From positions 1 to 30,763 of IMG/VR virus record IMGVR_UViG_3300022198_001530: a stretch of DNA of 30,763 nucleotides, one strand, 5' to 3'. The notes beneath the pieces were generated by a model that made no database searches, was not told the DNA's origin, and worked only from the letters and a program-made list of their open reading frames with translations. This document shows, piece by piece, positions 27,642-30,763 of the stretch. How positions within the stretch are numbered: the first letter of the stretch is position 1; each line of letters starts with the position of its first letter. Position numbers and translations under genes: made by a program. The DNA comes from a virus. Taxonomy: Duplodnaviria > Caudoviricetes.

Positions 27642-28139
27642 TTAGGCAGCTTTCTCAGCAGAGGCTTTGACCATGTCCTCTTCGCTGATGCCAATGCCGT
27701 CAGCACGCGGATGGATCTTGGCACGACGCTTCTCGATCTTGTCCATCTCAGCCTTGATAGCTGAGGGCTCGATCTCACCAGTAGCGACTTTGGCCAGGAG
27801 CGCGTCCTTCTCGCTCTTGCTGTCACGCTGTTGCTTGGTCCAGGCAGCTGTGCCCTCTTTGCACATGTTGCTGTAGCCAGTAGGAGAGCTGGCCTTCTTG
27901 CCATACTCGACCATACCTTCACCTTCGCCAACAGGCTCCCACATTTTGTGGTAGTAGCAGAAGATGTGGGTCACGTTGCCTGCATCGTCACGAATGACAG
28001 TAGAGGCGGCACGACCACCGCCACCAACTTTGGCAGCACAGAGTTCAGTTGCTTCGGCCAGGATAGAAGAGACTTTCTTGTCTTTGTTCTGTTCCAGGAA
28101 TTCGATGAGAGGCTGGAAAGCCTTTTTTACATTAGCCAT
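27642..28139 (-). CDS. Lys/Ala-rich protein with a putative zinc-binding motif, monocistronic
   Basis: AGGAGA RBS; own promoter and terminator; 'CYYH...G....CKE' motif; codon usage visibly richer in C/G-ending codons than its neighbours. Confidence 0.8.
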   Translation of the reverse strand: MANVKKAFQPLIEFLEQNKDKKVSSILAEATELCAAKVGGGGRAASTVIRDDAGNVTHIFCYYHKMWEPVGEGEGMVEYGKKASSPTGYSNMCKEGTAAWTKQQRDSKSEKDALLAKVATGEIEPSAIKAEMDKIEKRRAKIHPRADGIGISEEDMVKASAEKAA

Positions 28140-28207
28140 GTTAGGTATCTCCTGTGTTGGCAGTTAGTTAAAATCCTTAGTTACTAAATGTATCTAAGGT
28201 AGTGAAT

Positions 28208-28237
28208 ATATTAAAACAATAAGAACTGTAAGTACAA
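28208..28237 (-). promoter_or_regulatory. Sigma70-like promoter
   Basis: TTGTAC-N18-TAATAT with an AT-rich upstream tract. Confidence 0.65.
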
Positions 28238-28282
28238 TTAAATATTTCTATGATGTTATAAATTTTGCTTATGTTAGCAGAT

Positions 28283-28315
28283 AAAAAAAATCCCTACTGA
28301 GTTAGTAGGGATTTT
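28283..28315 (-). terminator. Rho-independent terminator ending the small-gene cluster
   Basis: AAAATCCCTACT/AGTAGGGATTTT stem with a U8 tail on the minus strand. Confidence 0.9.
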
Positions 28316-28351
28316 CATTTCCAGGATCCTAGAAACTAAGATGCTTATAGG

Positions 28352-28690
28352 CTACTCTCGCTTATGCTTCATAATAAACAAGGTGATCTTCTCCAGTACC
28401 GTTAGCAGCCCTCCTTCTAAGCTAATAGTGTCTCCTTCTTCTGAGTTCCAACTGATATACAGCTCTTGTAGTAGTGAGCCACCAGGTTGGGCATCACCGT
28501 CCTCATCAGCCTCACCAACGAAGTAGATAGTCACGGTGTCTTGTACCTCATTTGCTTTTGTAGGTACGTCATAGCTAAAGCCAGGCCATACATCGTTGCC
28601 GTATGACGAGTCATAAAAGCCTAGCACAGTTAAGGCTCTGAGCAGAGGGGTTGGCACTGACACTTGGCCAGGATGTTCATAGAATTGCAT
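28352..28690 (-). CDS. Hypothetical early protein
   Basis: AGGAGA RBS; acidic; 'D.SY.ND..P.F' motif seen in small phage proteins. Confidence 0.7.
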   Translation of the reverse strand: MQFYEHPGQVSVPTPLLRALTVLGFYDSSYGNDVWPGFSYDVPTKANEVQDTVTIYFVGEADEDGDAQPGGSLLQELYISWNSEEGDTISLEGGLLTVLEKITLFIMKHKRE

Positions 28691-28701
28691 AGTGTTATCT
28701 C

Positions 28702-28926
28702 CTAAAAGGTCTTGTAATACTCAAGGGTTACAAAGAAGCTCATCTTACCCATGGCATGCTCAATGTGTGCAGCAGCCTTGATACGAGAGTTACATTTAGC
28801 TTTGCGCAACTTACGGTACACTAGCTGAGTATATTTGTGAGCTACATCGAGCTGCTCTTGAGTACGGCAGCTATTAATAACATTGACAGTTTTGTCAATT
28901 AGTTCATCAATTTCACGATCGTTCAT
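28702..28926 (-). CDS. Hypothetical early protein
   Basis: AGGAGA RBS; 'VI.SC.T.EQL..A..Y' pattern. Confidence 0.7.
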   Translation of the reverse strand: MNDREIDELIDKTVNVINSCRTQEQLDVAHKYTQLVYRKLRKAKCNSRIKAAAHIEHAMGKMSFFVTLEYYKTF

Positions 28927-28936
28927 TGGTTGTCTC

Positions 28937-29266
28937 CTATTGAACTATTGGGTAAGGCTCAAAGCATACAGTGCTGCGTGTATGTATGTCATTATACCAG
29001 TCTATCATAACCTCATGTATGCAGAAGCCCTCTAACTGGTTAATAGAGTGGACTATAAGCCTTAACGCGATGCACTCGGCATAGTTAAAGAGTGGTTCCC
29101 CAAGCTTGTTATTAGTCAAGTGATAGATGTCATGCGGATCCTCGTCCATGTGGTAGTCTAAGCCAGCCTCACACATAGCTATAGCCCATTGAGTGGCCTC
29201 CTCAATAGTGAGATTAGCTAAGTTGATATATGGAATGCGGAAGTCGTGGTGTTTGGCGTAGTTCAT
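28937..29266 (-). CDS. Hypothetical early protein
   Basis: GAGG RBS; 'L.YH.DEDP.D' motif; ATGA overlap with the upstream gene. Confidence 0.7.
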   Translation of the reverse strand: MNYAKHHDFRIPYINLANLTIEEATQWAIAMCEAGLDYHMDEDPHDIYHLTNNKLGEPLFNYAECIALRLIVHSINQLEGFCIHEVMIDWYNDIHTRSTVCFEPYPIVQ

Positions 29267-29493
29267 CTGTAGACCCTCGTAATCATGATTGTTTCTTTAG
29301 TGTTGTAGCGGGCCTCTACATAGGTCTGCAACCACTTAGCTATATGCTCCAACTGTACAGTGTTGCCGTACATCGCAGCTATCAAGTGGGTCTGGTGCAG
29401 TGCAGGTATAGAATACTCTATTATCACCATGTCTAGTGCCTTGAGCGTATTGCCTGTGTCAGTGTCTTTAAAATCAATGGGTATGCTTATCAT
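29263..29493 (-). CDS. Hypothetical early protein
   Basis: AGGAGA RBS; coupled to the downstream gene. Confidence 0.6.
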   Translation of the reverse strand: MISIPIDFKDTDTGNTLKALDMVIIEYSIPALHQTHLIAAMYGNTVQLEHIAKWLQTYVEARYNTKETIMITRVYR

Positions 29494-29524
29494 AGCTATC
29501 TCCTATGTTGTTGATGTGTAGTAT

Positions 29525-29575
29525 GAGGGATGCCCCTCGCATAGCCCACTAACTAATAAGCTAATGAGCTATACG
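29525..29575 (-). other. Intergenic 17-bp RNA stem-loop plus small hairpin (RNase III-site-like)
   Basis: CGUAUAGCUCAUUAGCU-UAUU-AGUUAGUGGGCUAUGCG pairs fully using four G-U pairs on the transcribed strand only; followed by GAGGG-GCAU-CCCUC. Confidence 0.6.
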
Positions 29576-29582
29576 TGGAGCA

Positions 29583-29831
29583 CTATATGTTAGCTCTCCT
29601 CTTCAGTTCTGCTTTGATTGTGCGAGCAGTCTCGCCACGCCATGTCTGTGCGTTAGCCAGGAAGTGCAGTACAATAGACTTGCCTGTATCTAAGAGGTAG
29701 GGGTCGTGGATTGAGTTGAGAGTCTGCATTGCCTTTAAGTAAGGTTCAGCCGCATAGTTGACGTTAGACCAGTCTCTGTATATAAGAGAAGCCAGTTCGT
29801 ATAGTGGCAGGTTGTGTAAGGATTCATTCAT
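29583..29831 (-). CDS. Conserved small phage protein of unknown function
   Basis: 'A..I..DW......A.PYL.AM..L....D.Y..D....IV..FL.NA..WRGE.AR.IK.ELK' pattern recalled from diverse phages; first gene after the promoter. Confidence 0.8.
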   Translation of the reverse strand: MNESLHNLPLYELASLIYRDWSNVNYAAEPYLKAMQTLNSIHDPYLLDTGKSIVLHFLANAQTWRGETARTIKAELKRRANI

Positions 29832-29890
29832 AATAAGTACCTATAAGTTGATTAACTAAATACTGGTAGATCTAACCACTACCATCTATT

Positions 29891-29920
29891 ATTATAGCCC
29901 ATTGCGTCAGTATAGTACAA
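29891..29920 (-). promoter_or_regulatory. Sigma70-like early promoter
   Basis: TTGTAC-N18-TATAAT with a long AT-rich UP-like region. Confidence 0.75.
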
Positions 29921-30019
29921 TAAAATAATTTTATCCTACATAAAAAAATTTTATTACGACTAGCGAATATAGAAAACTACTGGTGCTATTAGTGTGTGAC
30001 AATGCATGCTTGTTAGTGC

Positions 30020-30268
30020 AAATCCAAAAAATCCATTATAAATTATCTGGGCCATTTTGAGAAATTTTAATAAAATCAATAACTTAGACAAAAAGTACAA
30101 ATCCAAAAAATCCAATATAAGGTTACAAAATCTGAAAAATCCAAAATCCAAAGTTTTTCTTAATATATATAAATGATCTGACCCCTTTTTTTCAATAATT
30201 GTGTTTTTAATTATTATATAAGATTTTGGATTTATTATATTTTATATTGGATTTTTTGGATTTATACT
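30020..30268. repeat. Opposed AAATCC iteron array around an AT-rich core (origin candidate)
   Basis: Six forward AAATCC (30020, 30029, 30099, 30108, 30137, 30144) and three reverse (30228, 30249, 30258); perfect 22-bp inverted repeat 30099-30120 / 30242-30263. Confidence 0.75.
30074..30086 (+). promoter_or_regulatory. IHF consensus site
   Basis: AATCAATAACTTA matches WATCAANNNNTTR with an upstream AT tract, inside the iteron array. Confidence 0.5.
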
Positions 30269-30370
30269 AACAATATCGCACCAGACCCTCTTTTAGCTAT
30301 TAGTTTGATAGAATACTGAACAGTATTATAAAATGACCACCTTTAGTTGCCACCAGGTTAGCACATCGAT

Positions 30371-30653
30371 CAATCTGCTGAGCAGTCGTCAGTCTTTTAA
30401 ACCTGGATCACTGGATTCCTGGCCACAGACCTGTTTAGTTAATTGAACAATCTGCTGAGCATAACATTGACCGACAGGCCCTTACATATTAGTTTAGCTG
30501 TTTTGCAAACCTGGATCCCAGGATTCCTGGCCGCAGGCCTATTTAGCTAATTGAATAATCTGCTGAGCAGCTGCTGCCAGGGATTTTCTAAACCTGGATC
30601 CCTAGATTCTGGGACGCTAATTAGTTAATTGAACAATCTGCTGATCAGCAGAT
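30371..30653. repeat. Array of ~63-bp direct repeats with variable spacers, ending in an 18-bp palindrome
   Basis: Units 30399-30461 and 30507-30569 (56/63 identical), shorter unit 30590-30644, partial unit 30371-30384; palindrome ATCTGCTGATCAGCAGAT at 30636-30653. Confidence 0.85.
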
Positions 30654-30673
30654 CATTTGATTTATTTTGAAGT

Positions 30674-30704
30674 AAAAAAAACCCCAACCAAGAGGCTGGG
30701 GTTT
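30674..30704 (-). terminator. Rho-independent terminator
   Basis: CCCCAGCC-UCUU-GGUUGGGG followed by U8 on the minus strand. Confidence 0.85.
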
Positions 30705-30708
30705 AGTG

Positions 30709-30762
30709 TTACTTAAGAGCAGGTGCTTCTTGAGTACCAACTGGAGCATTCTCCATGTTGAT
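30709..30762 (-). CDS. 3' end of a gene entering from beyond the window
   Basis: ...INMENAPVGTQEAPALK-stop immediately before the terminator. Confidence 0.45.
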   Translation of the reverse strand: MNMENAPVGTQEAPALK

Positions 30763-30763
30763 C

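Noticed and set aside
27623-28187. Overlapping ORFs on and opposite the 165-aa gene
   Set aside because: The GC3-rich coding region suppresses stops in other frames; only 27642-28139 has RBS, promoter and terminator support.
29960-30151. 63-aa ORF on the minus strand
   Set aside because: Low-complexity translation of the AAATCC iterons with no convincing RBS.
30371-30653. CRISPR or mini-CRISPR array
   Set aside because: The repeats are ~63 bp and degenerate, spacers range from 14 to 45 nt, and there is no cas operon. Kept as an unexplained repeat.
1-30763. tRNA genes, integrase/att sites, introns or inteins
   Set aside because: No cloverleaf or recombinase motifs were seen; polymerase, TS, helicases and primase are uninterrupted and of normal or small size.

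Overview
This window is about 31 kb of a tailed dsDNA phage with podovirus-like organisation. No integrase, tRNA or CRISPR array is seen. The + strand (<1-12415) is a virion module: tail/stabilisation protein, GNAT acetyltransferase, ejection-type proteins, a P22-like portal, a 1499-aa internal protein and two tail-appendage genes. The - strand (12393-29831) carries replication, nucleotide-metabolism and early genes: VRR-NUC nuclease, ATP-dependent ligase, SF2 and SF1B helicases, Cas4-like nuclease, a dCMP deaminase::dNTP-diphosphohydrolase fusion, a MazG-like protein, a ThyA-family enzyme, a DEDD exonuclease, family A polymerase, gp2.5-like SSB, DenV and a prim-pol/helicase. These are driven by five look-alike TT(G/A/T)TAC-N18-TAWWAT promoters. 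A non-coding end region holds an iteron/IHF origin candidate and a 63-bp repeat array rich in CCWGG and GATC. The best lead is the ThyA homolog, which naturally carries Asp at the position of E. coli Asn177, the dUMP-versus-dCMP specificity switch. It is clustered with the pyrophosphatase and the deaminase fusion, suggesting a 5-methyl/hydroxymethyl-dCMP pathway (modified DNA or a dUMP-free route to dTMP). All product calls come from motif recognition by eye; no database search was run.
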